Source: Candidatus Latescibacterota bacterium (lineage in GTDB: Bacteria > Latescibacterota > UBA2968 > GCA-2709665). From it: a DNA stretch of 64,000 nt. The notes beneath the pieces are model-generated. The model was given only the letters and a program-made list of their open reading frames with translations. It had not been told where the DNA came from and did no database searches. A program made the translations under genes and the position numbers. The number at the start of each line of letters is the position of its first letter. Positions within the stretch are counted from its first letter, which is position 1. This document shows positions 28,832 through 39,321 of the stretch, one piece after another. The stretch covers positions 1-64,000 of the forward strand of contig CAXXJS010000032.1 of the NCBI GenBank assembly GCA_963662665.2, read 5' to 3'.

Positions 28832-28882
28832 GAAGAAGGAAAAGGACGGGTTCGGTTAACGAACCGTCCTTTTCTGCTTCTT
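28832..28882. terminator. Bidirectional terminator between the convergent SSS and heparinase genes
   Basis: GAAAAGGACGG(G)TTCG-GTTAA-CGAACCGTCCTTTTC long stem with A/T-rich flanks on both sides. Confidence 0.7.
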
Positions 28883-28904
28883 GGAGACTCGGAAATGACA
28901 AATG

Positions 28905-31232
28905 TCACCTGAGTAAAACCGGTCCCCGTCCATCATTCCAGTCCATGCGAACGCGATCCCGCCTGTCGTCGGTATGGTCGATGGCGACCGTCCAGACGTC
29001 CCCGCGCCGCGTAGTTTTCGTCGTGATTCCTGCAGTAACCCGGTCCCCGCCGAAGGGGTAAATCACGTACCCCGTCCTGAACGGCAGCCGCGTCCGTCTC
29101 CTGTAGACGGCCACGGGCGCGGGTACATCCTGCCCGCTGATGGCCAGCCAACCCTGCACCGGGTCGTTCCGGCCGCAGATCAACCGGGGCGTCATCCTGG
29201 TCAGGGGAAGGAGTTCCAGATTCGGCGCATTCATACGCCCGGTGCGGACGGCGCCGGTATCCGGATCAATGAGCAGACGGAACGGCATGAAGTGGAAGAA
29301 CGCCTCGTACGTATGGGTACCCTCGCCTGTCAGTTCATCGAAGACCATGAAATAATCGGGTTTGATAAAAACCACCGCACGGCGGTGCCGGACGGCCGCG
29401 TCCAGGTCAGCGTAGGGCGCGTCATAGCTCGCCACGGCGACGTCTGAATGGTCATCCGAATGCCATACCGTCGTCTTGCGGGCGGATTCGACCCATTGAT
29501 CGATCGTCTGGTTCCGGCCCCGCGCCTGCGGCCGACCGTCCACAAGGACCGTATTGTGCGCCTGCGTGGTCGTGTAGAACCGGGTCCAAGGGTTGGTGTA
29601 GTAAGACGTGATGCCGGGGTCCACAATGAAGGACGTGCCATGGGCGTAGACTTCGAAGTTGAGTTTGTCTTCGTGCTGGTGCCAGCGGCCGTAGGGCCCC
29701 CCCTCGAAGAACAGATACCTGGCGTCGCGATCCCAGCCGCTTCGCATAATGAAGCAGCCCGAGTCCCGCAGCGCAATCGAACGATAGTCCGGCGGGGCGC
29801 CTTCGCGGCCCCCGGTGCCAACCCAAACCGCGGCCGGATTGTCCAGGACGCGTCCCGGGTGGGCGAGGGTATCTTCGTATTTCGAGTCCATGCTGCCGGC
29901 GTCTGAAACGGAGGGATGGGTGAAGTCCGGGCGGGTGATGGCCACGCACCAGTCGAACATCGATCGAATGCCGGCCTCCAGTTCGGGGTCGAGCGGATGA
30001 TTGAACTTTCGCGCGACCTGGAATGACTCCAGGAACCACGTGGCAATGCTCATCTGGTAACCGGGAGTCAGCTCGTAAGAAGCCCCGTCGGGCATCACCT
30101 GTACGCGCATGTCCTCCAACAGCCGGCGATAGCCCTCTTCCCGCCAGTGCGCGGCGTTATTGAATTCGGGAAATGCGCAGCCCAGCGCGGCGATGGTCCG
30201 GGCCTCGGCGATGGTTTTGTTCGAGGGTGGGTAGGATTCGAAACTGTGCAGATACGCCTGGTGCTCGTAGATGGACTTGAGCATCTCAATGATCGTCACG
30301 TCATCGGTTTCCGGACAGGCGCACAGGACACGGAACACGTCCACGAGCGTACTGAAGGGACGGATGGCCACCACCAACGAATGGCCCCACGGGTACCCCC
30401 CGGCGCGAACGCCGTACGGCACCGGGCAGTGTCGCATCCAGTCCGCGATGTACCGCTCGATGCCTTTTGCGTATTTCGCCTGTCCGGTTACCCGGAATGC
30501 GTCGATCGCGGGCCTGAGGAACAGGAGATAGTGGATGGCCAGCGTCCATTCAATGTAGCCGGTTGGATTGGCTTCCCAGTCGATTTCCGCCGACCAGTCC
30601 TGCCCCAGGACCCGGCCTTCCAGGACCCGGTCGGCCTGATCGGGGTCGCCATTCGGCTCCCGTTCGCTCGGGACCAGTTCCCGGTCGAAGCCGCTGGACC
30701 GGAAATACCTCGCAACTTCAGTCAGAGTGGATCCGTTCGGCGCGCCCTTCAGGAATTCCAGGCCGGGGTGGTCCGGGTTCAGCGCCGCGATGAAGTCTTC
30801 ATCCGTCATCCGCGGACCGGGCGTTACCTCCCTTTCCACAAGGCGAACGTTGCGAAACCGGCTGCCCGCGGGCCCGTCCATCATTGCCGATCGCGTCTCC
30901 TTCCATCCCGAAGGAATCCCCTGCGTATAGAAACATTCGCCCGGAAACCGGAATTCCCGCCACCCTTCCCAGATGTTCCCTCCGCGGCGGGAGACGATGG
31001 CGTTGAACTGATAGCCGTCGTCCTCGCTCATGCCCTCCGTGCGATGGCCCGACGTCAACCGGCACCGGATCTGGCCGTCCGCGTCGGGCGGGAGATACAC
31101 GTCGGCGCGAATCTCGTTTGCCCGCCGCCAGTCCCCCGCATCCACCGGCAGGTCGACGTGCTCTCCGCGCTCGGAATCTACAAGATACTGTTCCGAAATT
31201 ACCACGTCGTCGTGAAATTCAGCGAGGTCCAT
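28905..31232 (-). CDS. Heparinase II/III-family polysaccharide lyase
   Basis: QVMPDGASYELTPGYQ, SGCFIMRSGW, HQHEDKLNFEVYAHG, IVDPG and TQAHNTVLVDG. Start at MDLAEF with a GGGAG RBS. Confidence 0.85.
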   Translation of the reverse strand: MDLAEFHDDVVISEQYLVDSERGEHVDLPVDAGDWRRANEIRADVYLPPDADGQIRCRLTSGHRTEGMSEDDGYQFNAIVSRRGGNIWEGWREFRFPGECFYTQGIPSGWKETRSAMMDGPAGSRFRNVRLVEREVTPGPRMTDEDFIAALNPDHPGLEFLKGAPNGSTLTEVARYFRSSGFDRELVPSEREPNGDPDQADRVLEGRVLGQDWSAEIDWEANPTGYIEWTLAIHYLLFLRPAIDAFRVTGQAKYAKGIERYIADWMRHCPVPYGVRAGGYPWGHSLVVAIRPFSTLVDVFRVLCACPETDDVTIIEMLKSIYEHQAYLHSFESYPPSNKTIAEARTIAALGCAFPEFNNAAHWREEGYRRLLEDMRVQVMPDGASYELTPGYQMSIATWFLESFQVARKFNHPLDPELEAGIRSMFDWCVAITRPDFTHPSVSDAGSMDSKYEDTLAHPGRVLDNPAAVWVGTGGREGAPPDYRSIALRDSGCFIMRSGWDRDARYLFFEGGPYGRWHQHEDKLNFEVYAHGTSFIVDPGITSYYTNPWTRFYTTTQAHNTVLVDGRPQARGRNQTIDQWVESARKTTVWHSDDHSDVAVASYDAPYADLDAAVRHRRAVVFIKPDYFMVFDELTGEGTHTYEAFFHFMPFRLLIDPDTGAVRTGRMNAPNLELLPLTRMTPRLICGRNDPVQGWLAISGQDVPAPVAVYRRRTRLPFRTGYVIYPFGGDRVTAGITTKTTRRGDVWTVAIDHTDDRRDRVRMDWNDGRGPVLLR

Positions 31233-31681
31233 GCATGGCTCCCTTTTCGTGTTCCAGATTGAATTCTCCGCGCCCGCACATTGGCCGGTCGAGCGGTTGA
31301 GAAAGCGAATGTGAAGGTGCGGCAGACATTCCTGTCTGCCGCCGTTCTCATTGTCGTTCTGCCCGAATGCGGACAGAAATAAGGTTCGGGTCGCCCTCCG
31401 TCGCCTGTTGTCCAATTTACCGCGGGTCTGAATCGGCGAAAAGGCCATTTTCGTCCGGGCGACAGCGCAAACGCGGTATCGCACACAGATCAACCCCGCA
31501 AAGGACCCCACAGCGGCGCCTGCCCGATACACAGGGGTTGACAACGTGTTTGTGAAGGGTACATTCTGATTGTGCGTGGATCGTCATCGAGCGAAACATT
31601 ATCCACAATGATCGACCCGGGATGTCGGCCAGGGAACCGGGCGACTCCCTCAGTCGCAGTTGCTAATTGAAGGGTGACACA

Positions 31682-32674
31682 ATGGAACTGACCTATCGGC
31701 CCCGACGGTTGAGGCGCACTGAACCCATACGGACGCTTGTCAGCGAAACCGTAATGAACGTTGGAGATCTGATCTATCCCATGTTCGTGACGGAGGGCGC
31801 CAGGGTGCGTGAACCCATCGAGTCGATGCCCGGACAGTTCCGGTTTTCCGTCGACGAACTCGTTCGCGAATGCGAGACCGTTTACGACCTCGGTATCTGC
31901 GGTGTGAATCTGTTCGGCTATTCGGAGGAAAAGGACGAGCGCGCCACGATGGCGTACGCGCCGGACGGGTTGATCCAGAGGGCGGTCCTGGCGCTGAAGG
32001 CGGCGCTGCCCGACCTTTGCGTGCAGACCGACGTGGCGTTGGATCCCTACACGACGCACGGGCACGACGGTCTGCTGATCGACGGCGAGATCGCCAACGA
32101 CAAAAGCGTCGAGGTGCTGTGCAGAATGTCGCTTTCTCACGCCGAAGCGGGCGTGGACTGGGTGACGCCATCGGACATGATGGACGGCCGAGTGGGCGCC
32201 ATCCGGGTGGCGCTGGACGACCATGGATTCAGCAACGTCGGCATCATGGCCTATTCCGCAAAATATGCATCCTGCTTCTACGGACCGTTCCGGGGGGCGC
32301 TCAAGTCAGCCCCGGTGGAGGCGCAAGGCGTACCGAAGGACAAAAAGTCGTATCAGATGGACCCCGCCAATATCCGGGAAGCGATGAAGGAAATCGCGCT
32401 GGACATCGAGGAAGGGGCCGACGTGGTGATGGTGAAACCCGCACTGCCGTACCTGGACGTCATCGCAAGCGCGAGGCAGAGTTTCGAAACTCCCATCGCG
32501 GCGTACAACGTGTCCGGCGAATACGGGATGGTCCTGGCGGCCGCGGCGCGGGGCTGGGTGGAAAAGGAACGCGCCATGGTTGAAACGCTCACGTCTATCA
32601 AACGGGCGGGCGCGGATATGATACTGACCTACTTCGCAATCGAAATGGCGCAACTCTTGACAGAGGGGACGTAA
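31682..32674 (+). CDS. hemB: Delta-aminolevulinic acid dehydratase (porphobilinogen synthase)
   Basis: RPRRLR, DVALDPYTTHGHDG, PSDMMDGR, YSAKYAS.FYGPFR, YQMDP and MVKPA. Confidence 0.97.
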   Translation: MELTYRPRRLRRTEPIRTLVSETVMNVGDLIYPMFVTEGARVREPIESMPGQFRFSVDELVRECETVYDLGICGVNLFGYSEEKDERATMAYAPDGLIQRAVLALKAALPDLCVQTDVALDPYTTHGHDGLLIDGEIANDKSVEVLCRMSLSHAEAGVDWVTPSDMMDGRVGAIRVALDDHGFSNVGIMAYSAKYASCFYGPFRGALKSAPVEAQGVPKDKKSYQMDPANIREAMKEIALDIEEGADVVMVKPALPYLDVIASARQSFETPIAAYNVSGEYGMVLAAAARGWVEKERAMVETLTSIKRAGADMILTYFAIEMAQLLTEGT

Positions 32675-32723
32675 CCGCCGTCGGGGCGCGGCGCGCGGAA
32701 ATTCCCGAAAACGCAGAAATCGC

Positions 32724-32752
32724 TTGACAGACGAATGAGAATTCGATATCGT
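32724..32752 (+). promoter_or_regulatory. Putative sigma70 promoter of the trpS leader
   Basis: TTGACA-17 nt-TATCGT. Confidence 0.55.
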
Positions 32753-32790
32753 TGACCGGACCATTACAGACCTGTTAGAGGGGAAATAAG

Positions 32791-32868
32791 ATGGCGGCGC
32801 GCATTGATATTTCCGGAAGTTGGTGGTGGTACGACGCAAATCGTACCGGCCGGCTGACTGCGTGCTGA
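32791..32868 (+). CDS. trpL: Tryptophan attenuator leader peptide (MAARIDISGSWWWYDANRTGRLTAC)
   Basis: GAGGGG RBS, 25 codons with three consecutive TGG, directly upstream of trpS and a terminator. Confidence 0.8.
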   Translation: MAARIDISGSWWWYDANRTGRLTAC

Positions 32869-32897
32869 ATTTGACATTCAACCTGAAAAGATCAACG

Positions 32898-32930
32898 TCC
32901 CTGCCGGTCCACGGCGGGGATTTTTGTTTT
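32898..32930 (+). terminator. Attenuator terminator upstream of trpS
   Basis: TCCCTGCCG-GTCCA-CGGCGGGGA hairpin followed by TTTTTGTTTT, just before the trpS RBS. Confidence 0.8.
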
Positions 32931-32943
32931 GGAGGGAGTCGCC

Positions 32944-34020
32944 ATGGATGAACGGAAACGGATCCTGACGGGAGACAGACCCACGGGGAGGATGCACCTT
33001 GGACATTACGTGGGATCGCTGAAAAACCGGGTTCGGCTGCAGGACGAATACGAATGCTTCTTTCTGGTTGCGGACCTGCACATGCTCACGACCCGGCCGC
33101 AGAAGGAACATATATTCGCCCTCCGGGAGAACGTGCGGGACATGCTCCTGGACTACCTGGCGGTGGGCATCGATCCGTGCAGGTCGACCATCTATCTGCA
33201 GTCGGCCATTCATGCGGTATACGAGATGAATCTCTTTTTCGAGATGCTGGTGACCCTGCCGAGAGTAGCGCGTTTGCCCAGCATCAAGGATATGGCCCGC
33301 GCCGCCCGGCTGGACGACGAGGCGATCCCGTTCGGACTTGTCGGATACCCCATTTTGCAGGCGGCGGATATTCTGACGCCCCGTGCGCACCTGGTTCCCG
33401 TGGGAAGGGACAACCTGGCGCACGTGGAGGTAACCCGTGAAATCGCAAGGCGGTTTAACAGCTATTACGGAGAAGTCTTCCCGATTCCGGACGCGCTGAT
33501 CGGTGAGGTCCCGGTTCTCGTGGGCACCGATGGCCAGGCCAAGATGAGCAAGAGCCTGGACAATGCGATATTTCTGTCTGACGATGCGCAGACTGTGAAG
33601 AAGAAGGTGCGGGGGATGTTTACGGATCCCAACAGGGTGAGAGCCGATATCCCCGGCAACGTGGAAGGGAATCCCGTGTTTATCTACCACGACGCTTTCA
33701 ATCCGAATCTGGAAGAAGTGGCGGACCTGAAGTCGAGGTACCGCGCAGGGACTGTCGGCGACGTGGAGGTGAAAGAGAAGCTGACCCGGGCGCTGAACGA
33801 TTTTCTCGACCCGATACGGGAGCGAAGGGCGAGATACGAAGCGGATGCCGGGTACGTCGAAATGGTCTTGTACGAAGGAACGCAACGCGTCCAGGTGGTG
33901 GCTGATGAAACGTTAAAGGCAATGAAGAAGGCGATGGGGCTTACCGGTGTCTGGAACCGTATATCCAGGAAAGCCCGGGACCGGACGAAGAAGCGCGAGG
34001 CTACGGGCTCCGGACCGTGA
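32944..34020 (+). CDS. trpS: Tryptophan--tRNA ligase
   Basis: [17 protein letters not shown] (HIGH), [17 protein letters not shown] and KMSKS. Confidence 0.97.
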   Translation: MDERKRILTGDRPTGRMHLGHYVGSLKNRVRLQDEYECFFLVADLHMLTTRPQKEHIFALRENVRDMLLDYLAVGIDPCRSTIYLQSAIHAVYEMNLFFEMLVTLPRVARLPSIKDMARAARLDDEAIPFGLVGYPILQAADILTPRAHLVPVGRDNLAHVEVTREIARRFNSYYGEVFPIPDALIGEVPVLVGTDGQAKMSKSLDNAIFLSDDAQTVKKKVRGMFTDPNRVRADIPGNVEGNPVFIYHDAFNPNLEEVADLKSRYRAGTVGDVEVKEKLTRALNDFLDPIRERRARYEADAGYVEMVLYEGTQRVQVVADETLKAMKKAMGLTGVWNRISRKARDRTKKREATGSGP

Positions 34021-34057
34021 GGAAGTCGTTGGGACCGTGGAATTGCGTTACGGAAAC

Positions 34058-35005
34058 CTATTGGGACAGGGAAACAGGGCCGCTGTTGGCGGCCTTGAAC
34101 AGGCCGGCGGCGAGCTCTTCAATGCGCTCGCGCCATGCCAGTTTGTCGAGCCATCCGGCCGGAGCGCTCGACATGCCCCACAACGCGCCCGCAAGCTGGC
34201 CGGTGACGGCGGCCACCGTGTCGGCGTCATCGGCGAGATTGGCGGCCAGAATCAGGGCATCCTCAATCGATTCCGATCTGCTCGCGCACCACAACGCCGC
34301 TTCGAGCGTGTGCAGTACGTATCCCGATGAAGAAATGGCGTCGCGCCCCTTTGCGCGCCACGATCCGGCGGCCACCTCGGCGATCTGAGCGTCGCCGATC
34401 CAGTCCCTCCCGCGCAGGACGTTCTCCTTAGGCGCTCCCGCGATCGCTTCGATCAGCAGTTCGGCGTAGAGGGCGCAAGCCTCAACGGCTTGTGGAGCGC
34501 CGTGCGTGGTCCGGCTCTGCAACCGCGCGGCCGCCGTCGCACCGGATCTGTCGCGCCACCAGCGGATCGCCACCGGCGACAGGCGCATGAGCGAACCGTT
34601 GCCCGCGCTGTGTGGATCGGTGCTGCCGCTCAACGGCTCGCCGGTTTTCCGAAAAGAACGGAGCGCGCCGTCCGTGGCATTGCCGATATCGAAACACACG
34701 CCGGTGACCGAGTTATACCCTTCCTCGCGCCACCGGAGGAACCGTACCATCAGGTCCTTCACGTCTAGCCCGCCCCGTTCAAGCAACGACTCCGCGAGGC
34801 ACAGGGCCATGCTCGTATCGTCGGTCCACTCCCCGGCGGCCAGGCCGAACGGGCCTCCGCCAACCAGGTCCGTAACCGGCGGCCTCGTGTCCCGCGATGT
34901 GAATTCAAGCGTTGTGCCCACCGCGTCGCCCAGCGCGAGCCCCACCAGAGCGCCCTTTGCGCGATCCAGAGCCCCCGCCATATCAGCGTTTGTCGCCTGA
35001 CCCAT
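34058..35005 (-). CDS. ADP-ribosylglycohydrolase (DraG/ARH family)
   Basis: GALVGLALGDAVG, WTDDTSMAL, AGNGSLMRL and DADTVAAVTGQLAGA. The real start is likely the ATG at 35005. Confidence 0.92.
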   Translation of the reverse strand: MGQATNADMAGALDRAKGALVGLALGDAVGTTLEFTSRDTRPPVTDLVGGGPFGLAAGEWTDDTSMALCLAESLLERGGLDVKDLMVRFLRWREEGYNSVTGVCFDIGNATDGALRSFRKTGEPLSGSTDPHSAGNGSLMRLSPVAIRWWRDRSGATAAARLQSRTTHGAPQAVEACALYAELLIEAIAGAPKENVLRGRDWIGDAQIAEVAAGSWRAKGRDAISSSGYVLHTLEAALWCASRSESIEDALILAANLADDADTVAAVTGQLAGALWGMSSAPAGWLDKLAWRERIEELAAGLFKAANSGPVSLSQ

Positions 35006-35127
35006 CACGCTACCCTCGCGAATTCTCCACAAAAGGCTCGTTATCGGACGTGCTTCGGGACCTCGGCCTTGTACGAGAGGGGGTGCGGCAACCGCCGCAC
35101 CCCCTCTTTTGTCATCCACCGTCGTCA

Positions 35128-38085
35128 TCAGAACCGCATGCTGACCTGGCTGAAAACGAGGCGGCCCACTTCCGGTGCGCCGATGAACGATCGGTAGTGC
35201 GTATTCAGGACGTTGCTCCCGTCGATATGCAGAACCACGTCCTTTTCGACCGGCAACCGATAGTTCATCGTCAGGTCGACAACCGTGTAGGCGTCCACGT
35301 CGCCCACGTACACCCCCGATTGCATGGGAAAAGAATCGGTGAAGCGCAACGCGCTGCCCACCGACAGCCCCAACCGGGAAAACTCGTACGACGCCCCCAG
35401 TTTGAACTTGTGCCGGGGAGAATTCAGCGTGATATCGCCGCCACCCGGGACATGGGTATATTTCAGGTTCTCGAAGAAATTCTTGTTCACATAGGAATAG
35501 TTGCCCGTCAACCGCCATTGCGCCGTTGGATAGTAGGCCAGGCTCAGGTCCAGCCCGCGAATGGTGATATCTTCATAGTTGCGGTAGGTCAACACCATCG
35601 CGTAGGGATCGGACGCCTGTTCGGGCGACACCGTTCCGTAAGGGATCGCCGCCGCCCCGGCCACAAAGATGGCGGTCAGTTCGTCCACCGGCGTACCGTT
35701 ATTGTTGCCCTCGAGCAGTCCCGGCACCTGCACTGCGTCGATCAGTTGGATTCCTGCGGCGAGCACCGCGTTGGATGGATCGGACAGCGTCTGTTCGAAT
35801 CCCCGGCTCAGAGCCTCGGCAAGGCTTTCCGGTTCGAGAAAGACGTTGGGGGTTTCCACCGAAACCGAACCCACGTAATTTTCGATCCTGGACTGATACA
35901 GATCCGCGGCCACGATGAGTTTGTCGGCCAGGACGCCCTTGTATCCGAACTCGATCGTCCTGGTAATCGCCGACTGGATGCGCGGTACGTCATAGGCCGT
36001 AACCGGAGTGGCGCCGTCCGACTCGACAAAGAAGAACGGCTGTTGGATATTTTCCGGATCTTCGCCCAGCGGCGGCGTTGCGATATTCAGTCGACCCATG
36101 ACATTGCGAAGACCGGTCAATCGCTCGGGGACGATACCGGGAAAGGCATCAGCCAGTCCATTCGCGAAAGACCGGGCCTCTTCGGCGCCCATGCCCTGTT
36201 CGATCAGGATGCCGACGGCCATTTCCTTTACCGTTGGCAACAGCTGCTCAAGCACCACCTCCCTGCCGATGCCCCACATCACGTTCGTGAAGACCGGGTC
36301 ATCCATGCGCAGATACCCGTCGGCCGGAAGGCCGGCCACCGGGGCAAAAGGCGAGCGGAACAGAGGGCGGCCCCCTTCACGGCGGAACGTGAAGCCGTAG
36401 TCGTTGTCCTGGTAGTTCCCCTGAGTCCAGAGGTCGATCGGATCGAACGCCAGTCCGCGCGCCGTAAACATCGGTGTGAAAATGCCGCTGAAACCGAAGG
36501 GGTCCCGGGTTGCCAGCAGATCGAGGTACAGATTATTCGACGTGGGTGTGGTGAAAGCCCGGTTGAACGTCAGACGCCACGTCTGGCTCGGCTTCAGCTT
36601 GAACACCAGCGCGGCCCGGGGCGAGAATTCGGGGTCCGCGAGGCGGCTGTGGTAGTCGTAGCGCAGAGCAAGCACGAGATCCAGCATCCTGGAAAGGGAG
36701 GTTTCACTCTGCAGGTAGACGCCGAACTCGTTCAGATCGTCGTCATCCTCGTTCCTGCCCATAATTGTCTTTTCGGTATCCGGGCGCGTCAGCAGTGCGT
36801 CCAGGCCGTACGTAAACCGCTGCCGGGAACCCAGTTTCGACACGTGTTGCGCCTGGAATACCGTGAGGGAGGACTTGTCAACCACCGGATCGCCTGTACG
36901 CAGCAGGAAAGTGCCGCCGGAATCGGTCCAGTTGCGGAAGGCCTGAACAAACCAGTCGCCGTACAGAACGCGCATCTGAGCGTAGTTGTACTGCCAGTCT
37001 CTCGTCTGTGAGGCCCCCACGCCAGTCAGCCCCACCAGGTCCGCCTTGTTGTGCCCGGCTGAAAAAATGGCAGTGAAGTTGTCGGAGGCGCGCCAGTCCA
37101 GACGCGCTTCCAGGCCTAGATTGTTGGTCTCGGGATTGCGGGTTGGAAGCCGCGAAAGGTCCAGGCCCGATGCGATTTCCTCCTCCCTGCGTTCCCTGGC
37201 TCGCACTTCCTCCGGATCTGTATAATCCCACTCCACCCCGGTATAGTACCGTGCGGACACCTTGTAGCCCACCCGGTCGCCGACTTTGCCGGCGTGCCGA
37301 AGTGAGGCCTGGCGCAGGCTGCGCTCTCCGTATCCGAAATGCGCGCTCGTGCCCTGGGAGGTAAAGGGTGAATGGGTGATAATGTGCATAACGCCGTCCG
37401 CGCTGTTGGGTCCGTACAGCGCGGAACCGGGCCCCAGAACCACCTCGATTCGTTCCACGTCGTCGCTGGTAATGGGAATGAAATTCGGGGCGTTGACCCG
37501 CACGGACGGCACCCGGGCAAGCCGGTTGTCCGTCATCATGAGCAGCGTGCCCGTGAATACGCTGTTGAAGCCGCGCACCACGATGCTGCTGTTCGCCAGT
37601 CCGGTTTTCGCGAAGTCCACCGACGGCAGGTCCTTTACGTGGTCGGCGACGTTCATCGAGGGATTGTTACGGATATCGGAGGTCTCGACCACCGAGACCG
37701 AAGCGGGAGCGTCCGAGATCTTCTCCCGCCGTCGTGAAGCGGAGACCACGCTCTTCTCCAGGAAGATGACCTGTTCCTTGAGGATCACATCCAGCCTGGT
37801 TGACCGGCCTCGCTGCACCGACACGTTTTCTCGGATTTCGTCCCTGTATCCGATGAATGTGATCTCAATCCGGTAATTCCCCTCCGGAACGGCAAATCGG
37901 AACCGCCCTTTGTCGCCTGTTGCGACCCGGGTTCGTTCCCCGACGTCCCCACCCAATACGACGACATTGGCCCCGGGCAGGGTCTCGCCGCCTTCCCCTT
38001 TGACCGTCCCTTCGATAAAGCCATTGGACTGGGCCCGGACCGTTACGACCCCCAGCACCAACCAGCAGAATAGAAACACGCGCAC
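35128..38085 (-). CDS. TonB-dependent outer-membrane receptor with N-terminal carboxypeptidase-regulatory-like domain
   Basis: Signal peptide, plug motif VERIEVVLGPGSALYG, beta-barrel strands and a C-terminal Phe. Confidence 0.92.
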   Translation of the reverse strand: MRVFLFCWLVLGVVTVRAQSNGFIEGTVKGEGGETLPGANVVVLGGDVGERTRVATGDKGRFRFAVPEGNYRIEITFIGYRDEIRENVSVQRGRSTRLDVILKEQVIFLEKSVVSASRRREKISDAPASVSVVETSDIRNNPSMNVADHVKDLPSVDFAKTGLANSSIVVRGFNSVFTGTLLMMTDNRLARVPSVRVNAPNFIPITSDDVERIEVVLGPGSALYGPNSADGVMHIITHSPFTSQGTSAHFGYGERSLRQASLRHAGKVGDRVGYKVSARYYTGVEWDYTDPEEVRARERREEEIASGLDLSRLPTRNPETNNLGLEARLDWRASDNFTAIFSAGHNKADLVGLTGVGASQTRDWQYNYAQMRVLYGDWFVQAFRNWTDSGGTFLLRTGDPVVDKSSLTVFQAQHVSKLGSRQRFTYGLDALLTRPDTEKTIMGRNEDDDDLNEFGVYLQSETSLSRMLDLVLALRYDYHSRLADPEFSPRAALVFKLKPSQTWRLTFNRAFTTPTSNNLYLDLLATRDPFGFSGIFTPMFTARGLAFDPIDLWTQGNYQDNDYGFTFRREGGRPLFRSPFAPVAGLPADGYLRMDDPVFTNVMWGIGREVVLEQLLPTVKEMAVGILIEQGMGAEEARSFANGLADAFPGIVPERLTGLRNVMGRLNIATPPLGEDPENIQQPFFFVESDGATPVTAYDVPRIQSAITRTIEFGYKGVLADKLIVAADLYQSRIENYVGSVSVETPNVFLEPESLAEALSRGFEQTLSDPSNAVLAAGIQLIDAVQVPGLLEGNNNGTPVDELTAIFVAGAAAIPYGTVSPEQASDPYAMVLTYRNYEDITIRGLDLSLAYYPTAQWRLTGNYSYVNKNFFENLKYTHVPGGGDITLNSPRHKFKLGASYEFSRLGLSVGSALRFTDSFPMQSGVYVGDVDAYTVVDLTMNYRLPVEKDVVLHIDGSNVLNTHYRSFIGAPEVGRLVFSQVSMRF

Positions 38086-38489
38086 CGTCTTTCCCCCTCA
38101 AGCGATCAGGGCCGAACCCTGAAATGGCGGATTGAGATAGGAAACGCCTTGGGTATGAGAAATCACTCCAATGACTTGACGCCCGTTTCTGCCGTCATTC
38201 AACGAACTTTCCCCGGCAAATCCCGGACCCGAAGCCATCATTCGGGCCGTCGCAAAGATGCCTCGTGAACTGAATTCCTGAGGATGCCTGCTACCGGCCA
38301 TTGTTCGAATTTCGATTTTTGTTATATATTAAGTTACAAGGCAATACCCGACTTTGTCAACTTTCGAATTACCGTGGACGTTCAGGTGATTTGAGAGCTC
38401 GGCGGGGACCTGACAGACTCGTGAATCGCCGAAACCCGGATGCCGGGAACAACGCAACAGGATGTGATCCCTATTGAAAGGGGGTCCGG

Positions 38490-39281
38490 ATGCGAACCGG
38501 AATGTGTGTTCTCCCCGTTATTCTGAGCCTCGCAATTGTCGCGTGTAAAGACTCAGTCGGACCTGACTATATCGAGACAATTGAAGTTACCGTGGGTCCG
38601 ACCCTGGCCAGATGCTACGGCGTTGGCGAACAGACCTGTATGGTGGTTGACGGCAGGTTGTTTTACGACGGCATCGAAGGATTTAACTACGAACCCGGCT
38701 TCACCTACCGCCTGCGGATCGGGAAATACGACCCCTGGAATGGAGAAGAGCCACCCCAGGATGCGGGCCGATACGCCTATCGTCTGCTTGAACAGCTGGA
38801 TAAAACCCGCGCCCCATCCACTCCGGCGACGTTGCTTATCGGGCCAACACGGGTTACGTGCTCGAATTCGGATGACTTCTGCCTGCTGGTTAACGGTGTT
38901 CCATACGACGACATCGTCACGAACTTTGAATACGAGGCGGGTTTTTACTATACCTTAAATGTAAACAAATTTGGCGATGGCCGCCATGTGCTCGATGAAA
39001 TCGTCACAAAGGACGAGGCGACGGGGACGGACGAGGAAATAATCGTGGTTGGGCCGGGCCGAGTACACTGCGACGATAATCGTTCCATCTACTGCAAAGT
39101 TGTCAATGGAGTCCCGTTTCGAAGTGAAATCGTTGGCTTCCAGCCATGGCACGGCTATAACTACCGACTGCGCGTGGTACGATTCAGCATGTTCCCAGGC
39201 GGCGTAACGCCGCCGTCAAACAATATCCCTACCTACGGGTATCGCTGGCTGGAAACGCTCGAGCGAAGTCCCGGGAATTGA
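38490..39281 (+). CDS. Lipoprotein with three tandem DUF4377-like repeats
   Basis: Lipobox-like IVAC. Three repeats of VGP....C......C..V.G..F...I.GF.YE.G..Y.L. Confidence 0.7.
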   Translation: MRTGMCVLPVILSLAIVACKDSVGPDYIETIEVTVGPTLARCYGVGEQTCMVVDGRLFYDGIEGFNYEPGFTYRLRIGKYDPWNGEEPPQDAGRYAYRLLEQLDKTRAPSTPATLLIGPTRVTCSNSDDFCLLVNGVPYDDIVTNFEYEAGFYYTLNVNKFGDGRHVLDEIVTKDEATGTDEEIIVVGPGRVHCDDNRSIYCKVVNGVPFRSEIVGFQPWHGYNYRLRVVRFSMFPGGVTPPSNNIPTYGYRWLETLERSPGN

Positions 39282-39321
39282 ACCCTGGCAGCCCGATAGA
39301 TGAGTTCATCAGGAGAGGTAC

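Noticed and set aside
31233-31544. N-terminal extension of the heparinase ORF
   Set aside because: It runs through an intergenic palindrome and the divergent promoter region. A good RBS precedes 31232.
32690-32930. T-box riboswitch upstream of trpS
   Set aside because: No T-box consensus or stem I motifs are recognisable. The TGGTGGTGG run is explained by the translated Trp leader.
35006-35518. N-terminal extension of the ADP-ribosylglycohydrolase ORF (apparent fusion)
   Set aside because: It overlaps the TonB receptor 3' end in another frame. Family similarity begins only at about 35005.
34912-37011. 699-aa plus-strand ORF
   Set aside because: Antisense shadow of the TonB-dependent receptor.
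38300-38480. Possible riboswitch between the TonB receptor and the DUF4377 lipoprotein gene
   Set aside because: I could not match cobalamin, TPP, SAM or c-di-GMP consensus elements by eye. An Rfam cmscan would settle it.
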